Shown: piece after piece, positions 37,543 to 51,346 of the stretch
Numbering within the stretch: the first letter of the stretch is position 1
Layout: every line of letters starts with the position of its first letter
Assembly: GCA_001179505.1 (NCBI GenBank)
Contig: CDMY01000770.1
Coordinates: 186,001-250,000 of the forward strand
Direction: 5' to 3'
From: Vitrella brassicaformis CCMP3155
Lineage: Eukaryota; Protista; Chromerida
Length of the DNA stretch: 64,000 nt
Translations under genes and position numbers: made by a program
Notes under the pieces: model-generated
Told to the model about the DNA's origin: nothing
Databases searched by the model: none
The model's input: the letters and a program-made list of their open reading frames with translations, nothing else

Positions 37543-39626
37543 CTATCCACTGTGGATGGCAGCGATGGCCAGCTTGTTGTCCTGCTGCATGCACACTATG
37601 AGCGGGCCCCCGACGCTGCTACATTGCTCAGGCACAGCAGACTCCAGCAGGCTGCGTGTGTCGGCATCCAGGCCGAGCAGCTGCAAGAACACCGCCCTGC
37701 ACCTGAGCTGCAGCAGCGATCTCATACTCGAACAGGCGAACTCGACAAACTCGGAGACGCCGGCGGGAACTGAGGGATTGGACACGCAGACAGACAGACA
37801 GACAGACAGACAGGCAGACATTCACATACAGGTCTCTCAGTGGGTCTGTCTACTCACCCTCCCACATACCCACCCACCCACCCACCTGTGAGATCGACAC
37901 CCAGTGTTGTGATGTGTGGGAATTCATCTGCATGGTCCCCTATGCTGATGACATCCCCGCTGCCCAACCCCCGGATAGCAATCGCAGTCACCATGTCAAA
38001 CTCCCGCTCCCACCCGATCGCCTTGATGGCCTCCACCGCCCACTCCTCGGTCATGTCACTGGTGTTGAGTCGCCGCAAGTTGGGCATCTTGCTGGCCAGC
38101 TGGATGCCGGCCGCCAATGCCGTGTGCTTGTCGAGTGACAAGAACGACGCCTGCGGCATGGGCTGGATCTGTTCGATGAGGGCGGGTGCAGGGTTGGTGG
38201 GGGCGGGCTGTGCAGGCTGGTCGCCACCGAGCACAGTCACACTCGTGGCCTTGTTGAATGCAAGGCCTCTGGCCATGTCGAGCATCGCAGGCGTGACCGG
38301 GGTGGCGAGGTGGAACTCAACGTCCACGAGCACCCGAGCCGCCTGGTCGGCCAGCTGGCGCAGGACAGTCTCGAGGATGAGAGAGGGGGCAGCGGGGAAG
38401 AGGGGGCAGTACAGGACGCTCAGGTGAAATCGCGGAGCAGCACTGGTGAAGCTGATGGGGACGTCTCCGATGCACACCGCACTGGCGAATGACTGGAGGG
38501 CCACGGCTATGTCGAACACCCCTGGGCCCACAATCGACTCGTCGACGAAGTTGACCTTCAGCGACCTGAGGGAACGACGACAGCCTCGTGCCACGAGGGT
38601 CGACCCCAGCTCCTAAGAAAGGAAAACAGACAGGAACATAGTAAGCATCATTGCATCTGTCGTCCATTGCGTGTTAGCAGCCTGCTGACCTGCAACCGTG
38701 TGCACCATACTGTCAATACCTCTGGATCCATCAGGTCGCCGGGGACCTCAATCGTCCCGATATCCTCCAAGTTCGCCAGTGGCCCCGGCTGTCCCTCCTC
38801 TGCTGCGACAGGCACCTCCTCCAGCACCTCGGCCTTCTGGTCGACCGTCGAGGGCACGTCGAACACCCTCAGGCACCGCGACGAGCCGACGAGTGGTCCC
38901 AGTGTGTCGATGTGCTCGTGCGCCTGCACCCGCTCCAGCGACGGGGCGCGCCAGCCGCGGTTTCCGATGCCGCGATGGTGGGCAGTGAGGCCGCTAATGG
39001 ATGTGAGGGCGGGGAGGGAGGGGGGCGGGGCACACACAGGGGGTAGGGTGGGGTTTTTTGATCCGCCCGACGGACAGCATATCGACCTCGCTGAGCTCAG
39101 CCGCCTCAAATGTGATTGCCGTGAGTGAGCCGTCAGGGATGTCGGCCGCCTCTCCCCGCCTCTCTGCCTCTCCCCTCTTCTCTGCGACCATCGCTGTGCG
39201 GCCCTCTGTGTGGCCTTCGATGAGCGCCGTGATGACGTTCAGACACCAGGCCCCCCCGCCAGCCGGGTGACAGCACCAGATGCGGGTGAGTTTGGGCATG
39301 CGGCCGCCCCACGTCTTGGCCACGTTGACGGGCATCGTCTGCCAGAAGGCCCTGTCGGCGGCCCTGGAGGAGTCGATGTCGAGCTGGCGGCACTGAGCCC
39401 CGGCCCCCATGGCGATGCTGTTGTTGAAGAGCGGCCACACGCCATAGCCCGAGATGTGAATGAGATCCTCACACGACAAACGCCTCCCAGCCTACAACAG
39501 CAAGAAGATCCAGGATTGTCGAATGCATCAAATTTGGCCTGCTGCCGGTCTTACCGGTCCTTCATTGATTGGTCGTCGTCCCGACTGATGGACCAAACGA
39601 AACGACGTGCCTGTGGCGCTACTCAT
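37543..39626 (-). CDS. LRR-like lineage-expanded family protein, paralogue 2 (frameshift in A6 run at 39054-39059; possibly a pseudogene)
   Basis: Exons in ORFs 38994-39479, 38648-39109, 37854-38594 and 37543-37821 are homologous to paralogue 1 (PSLPALTSISGL, WRAPSLERV, GPLANLEDIGTIEV, LVARGCRRSLRSLKV). Start approximate (MSSATGTSFRL). Confidence 0.7.
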
Positions 39627-40119
39627 CCTGCACGCACCGCATCCACAGGGCAGTCCAGTCCATGGGCAGGGAATGAATGGAGGCGCTCAACTCGCGAGTG
39701 AAGGCTGGGCTCACCTGCATACATTCTCACAGGGAGGATGACCGGCATTTCGTTCAAGTTAAAGAATCGCTCCTCCCACGACTCCTTGACGGGTCAACGA
39801 TAACAGATCACGCCAATGGTGTCAGGGAGGTGTAGCACCATGCTCGCGCACCGGTGAGCTCGAAAAGCATACAATGCGGGTTCGACCCGCCCCCTTCCGC
39901 CACAGCAGGCCTTCTTGCCTTCTTGGCTCATCTGCAGCGCCTTGATTCGTTGCTTCACGGCAGCAGCGGCTTCGTTGCTTCACCGTCTGCAAGCTTGGCT
40001 TGCAGATCGGGAGCTCGCAGAGAAGATGGCGTCGATTCCAAAGTTCTGATGCTCTGCTGGTGCTGGACTGAAGCCCCGAGTGGCTATCTCGCGAGATCTT
40101 GCTCCGTCACGCCGTGGTA

Positions 40120-40568
40120 ATGAGATCTCCTCCATCAGTGTGCTTGGCTGCCGTGTTGGCGGCGCTGCTGCGGCCTACAGGCGGTGCTGCCGTCACAGAG
40201 GTGAGGGCAACGCGACACAGACACACACACGCATGTGGGATGAATCAGACCGGCGCACGACTGACACGGCCGTCCGGAGTGGTTGCCTTTGTGTGTGTCT
40301 GCAGGTGTATTTGGCCACTGCAGAGGGCCTGGGGTCAGGCGAAACGCGCACCTACCAGGTGAACCAGTGAAATGCACGACAGAAGCGCACACACACCGCT
40401 ACACAGATGGTGCACCTGTGTGCGCCTGTGTGTGGTGTCAGTTGGCTGTGGGTGAGGGCGGTCAGCTGCCCTTCGGTGACGGTTATCTCGATTTGCGTGT
40501 GGAGATCGCCGTCACAAAGTCGAGAGACTGCGAAAGGGTACGCACACACACACGAGAGGCAAGTCGAC

Positions 40569-40599
<31 letters not shown>

Positions 40600-43500
40600 C
40601 ATTGGCTAGGGCGTGTGTGTGTGCGCAGGGCAACCCTCCTGTGTGCAGCAGAGCTCTGCTGGCACACGGCAGCTTAGTCCCGGCACCCGCCAAGCCCCAC
40701 AATGACACCACATTCGACACCAAGAGTGAGTTTGTGAAGAATATACCCCTCCTGCACTGCACACGCTCACACGCCTGTCCTGCGTGTGGGTCCCATTCGT
40801 CTGTATGTCTGTCTGTCTGTCTGTCTGTTTGTGCGTCACAAACAGGTCTGACGCGCCACGCTGTGTATCAGGACGACAGGTCGCTGGTCATCACTTGGAG
40901 CGCTTGCTCGTGGGCTCGCATGCAGGTCAGGCACATCAATCACAGCTGGGCGAGTGGAGACCGATCACTCCCGCGCACTTGACGCTTGTGTGTACTCCGC
41001 TGCACACAGGCGGGTCGTGTGGCGTTGCGAGTGGTGGTTGGCGCGTGGGGCGGCGAGCATGTCATCAACATCCGAGCCATGCTGGCTGGTATACAGAAAT
41101 CGATCCACAGGTGTGTCCATTCCATCCGCTCGATTCTCTCTCTTTGTGCTGTGCGTTTGTGTAGACAACCGTCCCTACTCGCTGCTGTGTCCCGGGCCGC
41201 TGCCGCTGGTGCGTCACTCGCACACCCTTGACGCCGTCGGCCCTCAAGTTATCGTCTTTGGCGGCAAGGATGACACAGGTGGGTGTGGTGTGGTGTGTCG
41301 TCTTGTGGTGATGAGCAATCGGATGCGTGTGACGATCGAAATGTGTGCGCAGGGGAGGCGACCAACGATCTGTGGCGGCTCAACTACACACTGATTGGTG
41401 TACGCACGTCAGGCACACACAGGCAGCGGTGGATTGGATAGGTGGGTGGGCATACCGTTGGTGTGTGCATTTCTTCACACCCAGGATGGTGCCCTGGCCC
41501 ATGTGGATCCGCTCAGCATGGTTTGGGAGAGCCTCGACGACGTGTACGGCATCTTCCTGAGACCACCGTCACGGTGAGGGAGGGAGGGAGGACCGCATTG
41601 CAGCTCAGCAATTGGGTGCATGAGATGGATGGATGGATGCAGGCATGGTCATGTTTCTGTGGTGTCTGAGCGTGGCGTGCTGCTCATATACGGCGGCAAA
41701 GCTGGTGCATACCCATAACATACATTTGCCCGCCTCTTTGTACTGTGTGCTGTGCTGTGTGTGTGCAGGTGACGTGGTGCTGGATGACATGTGGGCCATC
41801 CAGCTGCTGACGCCACAAGAGGGGGGCAACGGAGCAAGTCAGTCAGTGACCTAACCACAATGCAATCAACGGATGCAGACTTATCCACACGTGCGTGTGT
41901 GTGTATTCTGTGTGTGTAGCTCCCTTCAAGTGGTTCCCATTGCCGCCTCTGACATCCGCCCGCCCGCCACCGCTCGTCCACACCGCAGCCACAACCATCG
42001 GTACTCATTCATTCACACGCGCAAACAGAAGGTACCATGATGGACCGAAATGCAGGCCCCCGTCTGTATGTCTTCGGCGGCGAGGCCACCCAGCGCAACC
42101 TGACCAACCACCTGTGGACGGCTGACCTCAGTAAGGACGCACAATTGATACGCAACATCAGAGAGAGAGAGAGAGAGAGTGAGTGCCTTCTCAGTGTGCC
42201 TGGCTGTCTGTCTTGATGCACTCACTGCACAGGTACGGTCTTCGACGGCTGGTCTGCTGCTGGTCCGAAAGGCGTCGAGTGGGAGCTGGTGGCGGTGGAT
42301 GAAAGGCGCCCCACACCTGTGGCCAGAATGGGTACGCACACGTGCGTACAGTACATCCATGCCACGTGGAGTGGACACACTGCGCTGTGCTGTGCTGTGC
42401 TGTGCTGTGCGTGTCTCTCTGTGTGTGGATACATACATAATGTGATTGATATTGGCGTGCAGGTCACAGCATGGTGCCCGCCCTTTCCCCGCCACAGATC
42501 CTTTCCGCAATCAAGAAGCGCATCAACGACACACAGAGCCCTGCACACCAGGGGGAGGATCTGCTGCAGCAGAGTGAGTGAGAGACGGCGAATTCTCATA
42601 CCCATCCCATCCCATCGCATCGCGTCGATACGTATGTGCACATTCCGTCTGCTGCACTCACTTGTCGCTCGCAGAGGGTCTGTTAGTGTTTGGCGGCCGC
42701 ACGGCCAACACGATGGCTACGAATGACCTCTGGTTCCTCATGCACAACGACACAGGTACACACACCTGACTCTCTCATTTATGAAATAAATATGTCAGAC
42801 TAGACGTCTGTCTTTGTTTCCTGTGCAGGACCCTCTGTGTGGTTCCAAGTAAAAGAGCCGATACCACCGAATGCACGTGTACGTCACGTGCCCACAGGCA
42901 GATAGCTTAGACGTACACGAGAAGAAATCACCCGCACAGATGGATGGATGGATGGGTGGATGCAGGTCTCAAGCCCACCTTCATTGGCGTTCCACTCATC
43001 CGTGGCTCTCAACGAGCGGTCATTCACACTCATCGGCGGCATGCGGGGAGACAACGGCAGACATGGCGGCCGGAACCATGACGCAGGGACGGTCAGGTAC
43101 GGCCGTGCAGTGCACTGCACCTTGACGTCGGTGTGTGGCGTACAGTACAGAGTATTCTGTGTGTATGCACAGAGCAGCTCGCAGATGTGGGCCTACGTCA
43201 ACGGCACCTTCACGCTCACACACACATCAGCGCTGCCACCAGGTAGGTACCCGCGTCTATCAGACACTTCTCCGTACGTGTCCATGGGCTTGCAAGGGTG
43301 TGTGTTGTGTGTGTGCCACTCAGTGATTGCCCCCGACCAGTATCGCGTCAAGGCGGCAGCCGCGTACGTGCCGCCTATCGGAAAGGTGACCACCCCGACC
43401 ACCACCACACACCACACTTGCCGTGCCATACCGCCTCTGTGTGTGTGTGTGTGTGTCCAGGTGCTCATTCATGGCGGTGGGTGGACTGTTCCCTCATCAG

Positions 43501-46500
43501 AGCACTCGTCATTGTTGCGGCAGCTGCGTGGTGCTGACACCAGCCCAGGAATGGCCGACATGAGAGGTACCGATGCGCACAAGATAGAGTGTATCGTCCG
43601 TCCATCGTACCTCCCTCTTATACGTCCGTCTCTGTGTGTGTGCAGCGACCGTCGACCACAAGCATCCGCCTACGATGCACTCGTCTGTGCTGGTGGTGTA
43701 CCAAGACGCATGCACACCTGCGAACGATCAGGACTGCACTGTCTGCGGCACAGGTACACACACACACACACACACACGTACCGTACAGCACGTCAACGCA
43801 ACGCATGGAACACTCATCTGTCTACTGGCCTGGCGTCTTGTGTGTGTGTCGAGCAGGGTCGCGAGCCGTCCCATACCCAGTCTCAGATGCCAACGACACC
43901 TCATTCGCTGAGCACTTCCCCTGGGTTGGCAATACGTCCGATGCAAGTGCGTGTGTGCCGTGCCCACCCGGCCACTACCACAATCACAACCACAGCGACA
44001 TCAACAATGACGATGGCGATGGCGAGGTGGAGTGCGTCCCGTGTCCAGCGGGATTCTATCAGCCTTTCAGAGGGTACACGAACTACACACTTGTGTGCAC
44101 GACGTAAAGGTGTGTCCCCGCACCAATGTGTGAATGCCCTGTGTGTGTGTGGGGGGCGTGTGCAGGCAATGGTCTTCGTCGTCCTGTCTGCCGTGCCCCC
44201 GGGGCACCCACGCCAAGGAAGCAGGCACGGCAACCTGCAAGGTGTGAGGGATACAAAGATACATGCATGTGTGGAAAGTTCTGTGCATAGGATAGGCTGT
44301 GTGTGGGTGGATGGGCGCAGGCGTGTGGCGGCAACATTTGGTGTCCATTGGGCAGCAGTGAGCCGCTGGAGAAAATCGGTACACATGCATTGCAGTGAAT
44401 GGACACCACACATGACACCACATCTGGCCTGGCTGGGTGAGTCCCATCCGTCTGTGGTGTGTGTGTGTCGATCGGGTCCTGACGTGACGTGTCGTCAGAT
44501 CCCGCCAACAGCATCGTGTACCAGCACGACGAACCGCACGCGGCATCACTGCACGAGGTACGATACGATAGATGAGATGACACACTGGCACACACAGACG
44601 GGCATGGTATAATGCAATTCATGTGTGTTTGCTGTGTGTGTGTGGTCGGTTGGGTTGTTGATTCAGTCGCATTTGCTGTGGCAAGTGTCGACCTTCTCAG
44701 TGGGGCTAATCGTCCTGGCCGCCTCACTGTGCGTACTCAACCTCCTACACGTCAAGGCACCCAAACGGGTCTGTCAGTGAGTATGGTTGCTTCACTTCAC
44801 CAGACACACAGGTCTGTATGTCTGTATTGGATGTCATCGTGCAGGTGAATTCGTGGATGCGTCAGATCGACTCCCGGGCCATCACCGGGGTGATATTTCC
44901 CTCAGAGGCTGGGGGCGTGTGCACCCTCGTCTACACGGTCCTGGCCGTCTGCATCATACTGCTGGTCTTCATGCAACAGGTTGGGGCCGTGCCAACCGTA
45001 TACATACACCACACACACGCATGACAGACATGCTCGTGATGTGACGTCTGTGTGTGTCTCTGTGGTTGGTTGGCGTCACACCAGCTGTTCTTCAACTACT
45101 CGTTGGCGGCTCTGACCGCGCCATCCAGTGGCATATACAGGAACGCGCTGCGCTCTCCACCTGCACAACAGACAACACAACACATACACCCTGGCGCATT
45201 GGTCCTTGGCTGTCTGCCTGGCCTGTCTGTGTGTGTGCAGGTCGACGGACTTCGACTCGGACTTCCACGTCCGGGCCGTCTTTGTCGGTGAGTTAACGAG
45301 ACACACACTAGTGGCATGCGTGTGTCAGCCGTGTGTATGACTAAACCATGTAGGTTATCCCGGCCCGTGTGAGGCGTCCAACACCACTCGCGTGACGCAG
45401 TTGACAGACCAGGGGGGCGGCGGACACGCTCACCAACACCCGGAGGACCACAGGGCGAGAATAGGTCGGCGTGCATCCCTCCACTGCACGGATTCATCAC
45501 TCATCCCGCCTGTGTGTGTGTGTGTGAGTGTGCCCAGTGCCAATCCACTCTTATCTGACCTACAGAGCCCATGACGCCTCGTTCCGACTCAACCACCTGC
45601 AAACGGTACGGTGCACACGGATACGACACGTCTGTCTGTCTGTCACTCCGTCCATGTATAAATGAATGCACACCTGTGCTGTGCTGTGATGTGTGTGTCC
45701 ACACAGCAGCGGAAGTGGTCCATTCTGCCGGCGGTCCTTCCCTTTATCGTGTCCGTCGACACCAGGAGGCAGCAGAGAGACGATAACCAGGTACGGGACG
45801 CAGCCCAGCCACACCACACACACATATGCATTGATGTGTGTGTATTGTCTGTGCACACACACACATCGCATACAGGTTGTTGGTGAGGGCGAGGCGATTG
45901 ACGTGACGTCTGAGGATGAGAAGAGGCCGCCCAAGATGGAGTGGCGGTGCGGCCAGGAAGCCAGAATCACTGCCCTGTACGGCTACACAGACGTCTTGTC
46001 TTGGGCAGTGCGGTGCACGTCCCTAAAGTGCCTGCCTGCCTGCATACCTGCATACCTGCGTTATGTCATTTATGTCTGCAGTGGTTTGGTCCCCAAGAAC
46101 ATCAGCACGGCTTCATCCGTCTCGTGCGCACAGATCGGGCCGCAACAAGTGAGCCAAGCCTCACACCACCCACACGCGACCCGCCACACACACGTCCCTG
46201 GATGTGATGTGTTGTTCTTGGCTCATGCAGTGTGTGGTTGAGTGGTCTTGTCGTGACTGCGGTGTGTTCGACCAGCGGCTGCACCTCAACATAGCCCTCA
46301 GCCACCACACATTCGCCGCCGCACAGGCCATACAGGTTAGCTCACTTACACAGACATCCAGGGCACACACGCATTCGCAACGGACAGGTGCCTGTATGGA
46401 TGTGTGTGTGTGTGTGTGTGTGGATGTGCTCATACTGTCATAGTGGGAGGTGATGACTGTGTGGCGGGAGTCTGGCAGCAGCACCGCCACCACCAGCACG

Positions 46501-47911
46501 CCCGTGGAGGCCTTCTCCACACTCAACTCCACTTTCGTCGGCAGCGACCCCAACAATGTCAGTCGACAAGCCTTTGTTTATCTGGTCATCGAGGTGCTCA
46601 TGTGTGGAGGTACGTGTCATTTGTTCATTGGTTCAGGTGCTGCGTGGCGAGGACCCGACTGTGCTGCGGCTGACGCTTGTGCCGACTGACTACGAAAACC
46701 AGGTAAGTACCTCTGCGTCACACGCACATAGGCAGGCCACTCACTCAGTGGTGTGTATGTGTTGTGTGGGCGTGGTGTTGGTGTCTGTCATCCACGATGG
46801 ATGACACACGCCACACGACCATTCTTTGCAGCGTCTTGGGGTCCACGAGAACGGCTTCCTTCTGCAGTACATCGCCTCAAGGGAAGGCTCAGCGACAGGT
46901 AGGTGTGTAGGCTGCTGAAATCACACACACATGGGTGTGTATGCGAGTGTTGGTGTCTGTGTGTGTGGTTTGATCACATCATGATCAGATGGGGTGCACT
47001 TCCACTCGTCAGGCGACGGCCCGTCGACGGTGCAGTTCCGCATTGAGCTGACGGTGTCGCCCTTTCTCTACCGCCTGCTGCTCACACAGACCAAGACATT
47101 CTTCGACTACCTTGCACAAGTACCTAACCCTTGCACGCACACACAAACCGAGCAAACACACACACATACACACACGACCTGGCTGTGGTGTGCATCCTTC
47201 CTATCCTATCCTGTGCTGTGCTGTGCAGGTATTGGGTCTGCTGTCTGGCATGTCGCTCCTGGTGCGCGTGTTGGTGTCCTTCTGGCTGTCGATCCCACGA
47301 GAGAGGAGGAAGACAATGACCAAATACTGGGGAGAGGTACCACACCGTACCGCACCCGAACACACACACGCAGAGAGCTGGTCTGGTCCATGACGTACAC
47401 GACGTGTGTGTCACTTGTTTGTGCGTCCGGCCCGTCCCCACAGAGCAACTCGCTGATGCTGTGGCTGGTCCGGCGGCTGTGCGCGTGTGTGGACGACGTT
47501 GACCGGACCGACCCCAGCGCAGAGACCCCCTCGCACCTCTACCAGCTTTGCCCCTCGCCCTCATCTCCACCGCCACCCCTGCCAGCCCCTCCCGCCATCA
47601 TCACCATGGCGAGGTCACACAGCGACCCAGCCATGGAGACCCCACGAGCCACAGCCGCCCCAACCAATGGGGTCACGCACAGGCAGACCACAGGACGAGA
47701 GCAAGAGCCGCTGATCGAGCATAGAGCGGGACCACAGTCGAAAGCAGCGATGGCTGGTGGGAGTGCGGGTGGGTGGCTGAGTGTCTTTTCCTTTGGCCGC
47801 CAGGGCCAGCAGGGAGAGGGAGGGGGGAGTTGGCAGCGTGTGACGCAGAGAGAGGCGGCAGAAGAGGATGCGGCGGTGCGGTGTGCAGAGGGAGAAGGGA
47901 CGGCTGCCTGA
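40120..47911 (+). CDS. Large membrane protein: signal peptide, Kelch beta-propeller, Cys-rich GCC2/GCC3 (ephrin-receptor-like) repeats, three TM helices
   Basis: MRSPPSVCLAAVLAALLRPTGG signal peptide. Kelch blades: RHSHTLDAVGPQVIVFGGKDD, GVLLIYGGKAG|DVVLDDMWAI, PRLYVFGGEATQRNLTNHLW, LLVFGGRTANTMATNDLW. Cys repeats: CVPCPPGHY..CVPCPAGFYQ, CLPCPRGTHAKEAGTATCK. TMs at ~44670-44750, ~44905-44980 and ~47230-47290. Stop at 47911. Confidence 0.8.
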
Positions 47912-48530
47912 ATGAGTGGACGCGTAGCCGACTTGTGATACGGATCGTGTGTGGGGCTATTCTCGGGAATGCGAGAGAAGCTCTGTTCGTGTGCACATTG
48001 CCACACCGGTGCCATATGGTGCGCCACACACATTCATCGATGCAGTGAGCCGTGCTGTGCCACTCGAGCGTCGCACTGAGTGGCTCTGCTTCCCCGGGTC
48101 GGAAAGAGCGCACGCAACAGGTTCACAGCTGGTGGCCAGGTTGGATCTGCAAAGCTTGAAATCAATCTCGAGAGACTTGAAGATGACCTATGGATCTTGA
48201 TCCGATGTCTGTGCTATGCTCGTCTCTGTGTATTTATTCCATCGACTGAAGCATACGTAACGTCCACTTGAGCACGGAAATCATAGGAATCGATGGGCCC
48301 ACACTGCACAAATGCGCCGCGCCCACATCCATCCATCCATCGGTCAGTTAGTCAGTCAGTCAATGCATTGAGTATCCAGGCAAACGGCCGGCAAACAGAC
48401 CCCACTCCGTCCCGTCCAGCGTGCAGCGCAGCGCTGTGCTATTCACACCCCACCCTCCACTGTGCTAACTCACCCATATACATATCCCAAATATACACGC
48501 CAATGCCAACAGACCGATCCTATGGATGAT

Positions 48531-51346
48531 TCATTGGTGGCATTGGTCAGGGACGTCCGCCACCGACAGACCGGCCAGCCAGGGATGACGCAGCGCGGCC
48601 TTCGCTGCACACGCACACACACACACAGGCAGGCAGGCAGGCAGCCAGAAACAGGCAAGCGACATATGACGACACTTGGTTCACACACCCCCGCCGACCT
48701 GTGATGCGCTTGCTGGGGTCCAATATGAGCATCTGCTCGATCAGCTGATACGCCTGGCGCATGTCCCCGTCAGCCCCATCGGGCAACTTCACCTCCTGAA
48801 GACACAGCAGGCACCCAAGGGCAATCGTCTCGTCGTTGTCTGTCTGGTCTGTCTGGTCTGTCTGGTGTGTGTGTGTGTGTGTGCGTGAGGTGTTTCTTTC
48901 TACCAGCTGTCCGTTCAAGCAAGCGTTCAAGTATGCCTTCTCGACTTCGTCAGCGGTCAACCTCTTCTTGTCGATGTCCTTGAAGGGGCTCTTCCCGCTG
49001 AAACACACCAAGTACCTACACCCACCAGGCAGCCAGAATCTCTGTGTGTGTGTACGTGCCTTCGGTTGCTTACAAGCTAACTCCAGCCGCCCAGATGTCG
49101 CTAGCAGGGCTCCATTTCCTCGCCTTATCCGTCTCTTAAGTGCACCTCTGGGGCCTGACGGACGCCATCCAGCCAATTGAGCAAGGACAGGCAACACACA
49201 TCAAAAGTAGTTCCGTTCTGCGCCGTGCAGTCACTTGTCGGCCGACCGACTTACCCGGAAAACGCCAGTACCCGGGAGGAAGCCCTCTCTCTCGGCTCGT
49301 CCTGAAGCGGTCGGCGGCCGACCGACGAACATGCACTCGTCGAAGTCAATCAGCTTGCAGCCCTGCGGGGTCCACCTGATGTTGTTGGGCTTGACATCTC
49401 GGTGCACCAGCTGCGGCACACACACACACACTAACGGCTGCCGCTGTCCATCCAGAGCACCCACGTTGGCTGTGTGCAGTCGGTCGAGTGCCTCGAGCAG
49501 TCCGAGTGCGATCCACTGGCACTGGTGGTTAGGCACCGACCGCTTCTGGTCGATATACAGCTGCACAAGAGCGGACACGTCGCGGCCCGCAACGTCCTCC
49601 ATCACGATGAAGAAGTACGACGAGTCATACAACACCTGCACGACACACACACACACACACAGATGGGCCGCCCACCCCTCCCACCCCTCCCACATCCCAC
49701 CCACCTCGATGACCGTGGCCAGAGAGGGAGAGACGATTTTGCAGATGGCTCCATACACCTGAGCAGTCTCAACGGCATCCGCCACGGCCCTGATTGATGA
49801 ATGGATGGTGGCACGTGACACAAGTTACTCGAACAGATCGCAGGCGTACTCTTGTTTCATCTTGCACAGCCGTTTGATGACGATAGGTCTCTTCGTGCGT
49901 TTCTGAGTGCCCCGCCACACATTCCCAAAGCTGCACACACACACACACACACATACACAAACGAACGTGTGCAGAAGTTGTCTATGTGTGTGTGTCTGTT
50001 TCGTACCTGCCACCGGCCATTGGCATGGCTTGTACTTCGTATCGGTTCCGCACACGTGGATTGCTGCACGGGTTGCCCTCCACCATTGGCACACTAGGGC
50101 CGACCTCAACGGTGAGCAAGGACGGCCGCACGTTGACGCCCTGCTCCTTGGACGCCACCTCCGTCTTGGTTTCCATGGCGCAGAGAGATGCGGACTGATC
50201 GCCTACGGCCGTGCTGGTTCCCCCCTCCACCACATGTGGGTGCACTTGCATGCCATTGGCCTTGCCGTGCGGGTGCGCCTGGACGCCGGCGTCCTGCAGG
50301 CTGTGGGGCTGGGGAGAAGGCGAGGACGGGGCGAGTGAGGGAGGGGGCGGGGAGGCAGTCGACCGGGCCAGCTGTCAAACCACACGTGCATATTTGTGGT
50401 TGGTGATGTAAACAGTCCTTTGTGTGGGCTGGCTGGCTGTGGTGTCGGTACGTTGATGTGACATAATTAATGTACCTGCTCCTGCAGCTCGGCTATCTTG
50501 GCCCTCAGCGCGGCGATCTCGCTCTCGACCTCTTTGGTCTGCTTCTGTGGCCAAGAAGGGACAGGACGCACAGACACAGACAGACAGAATAAGCGAGATG
50601 AATCATAAGTCACATGCTTCCCCCGCCTGCCTCTCTCTCTCTCTCTCTCAGCGTGTGTGTGTGTGCGTGTGTGTGCGTGTGTGTGCGTGTGTGTGCGTGT
50701 GTGTGCGTGTGTGTGTGTATTCCAGAATACTGACCCTGGCGGCGACGACGGCTTTGACGAGTTTGGCCTGCGCACACGCATCGTACAGCCACCCACAAGC
50801 AGGCAGGTAGGCAGATGAGCAGGTGTGCCGTTCGGGCCGTCGACGCCTCTTCTCTCGTCCGACATATGCACCGTAGAAGTAGCCCACCTGATTGGACTTG
50901 GCGATCTCCATGTTGTTTCGTAACGCATCGATGCGCTCACTGTCGTACTTGCACCGCGCCTGCAACCACTCGCACTCGGCTGCACGCCATAAAGCCCACA
51001 CAGACGGACAGATGTGTGTGTATTTATTTGTATATCAATCGCATGAACGACCACGTTCGTTCTCACCCTGCAAATGCTCCCTCTCGCTATAGAGCTGAAG
51101 AAGCTGGATGGCATCATACTTGGCCAGATCTGCAACACACACAAACGCAGCATGCCCAGAACGTATGGATCAAGTGGAAGCAGCCTGCCCGCCCCGCCCG
51201 CCTCTCTCATGTGTGCAGGTCGGTGCTCTCAATGCATCCCCACCTGCGGCAAACTGGAGCCGCTTCTCAATTTCCTGACGAGCAATCTCCTCCGTCTTGT
51301 CAAGGAACTCGCGGTCCCGCTCTTCCCGACTGATGCTCTTGTCCAT
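48531..51346 (-). CDS. Ser/Thr protein kinase with N-terminal coiled-coil region; +1 frameshift just after APE (~49135)
   Basis: AGG|SFGNVWRG (Gly loop), IVIKRLCK, YFFIVMEDV, LVHRDVKPNN, LIDFDE, GTGVFR|APE, SDIWAAG, GKSPF, LIEQMLILDPSKRIT|AKAALRHPWL. N-terminal exons MDKSISREERDREF.. and KQTKEVESEIAALRAKIAELQEQ. Confidence 0.85.

Noticed and set aside
39053-39059. A AAA AAC slippery heptamer at the LRR-2 frame break
   Set aside because: The heptamer is not in the zero frame and the required shift is +1, so it does not fit -1 programmed frameshifting; a homopolymer indel is simpler.
39876-39890. GCGGG-TTCGA-CCCGC hairpin resembling a tRNA T-arm / Pol III B-box
   Set aside because: The loop register gives a G-G mismatch in the T-stem, and there is no D-arm, anticodon arm or A-box upstream.
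48080-48271. Coding-looking ORF between the convergent Kelch-TM and kinase genes
   Set aside because: No ATG start or spliceable partner exons; most likely 3' UTR sequence.
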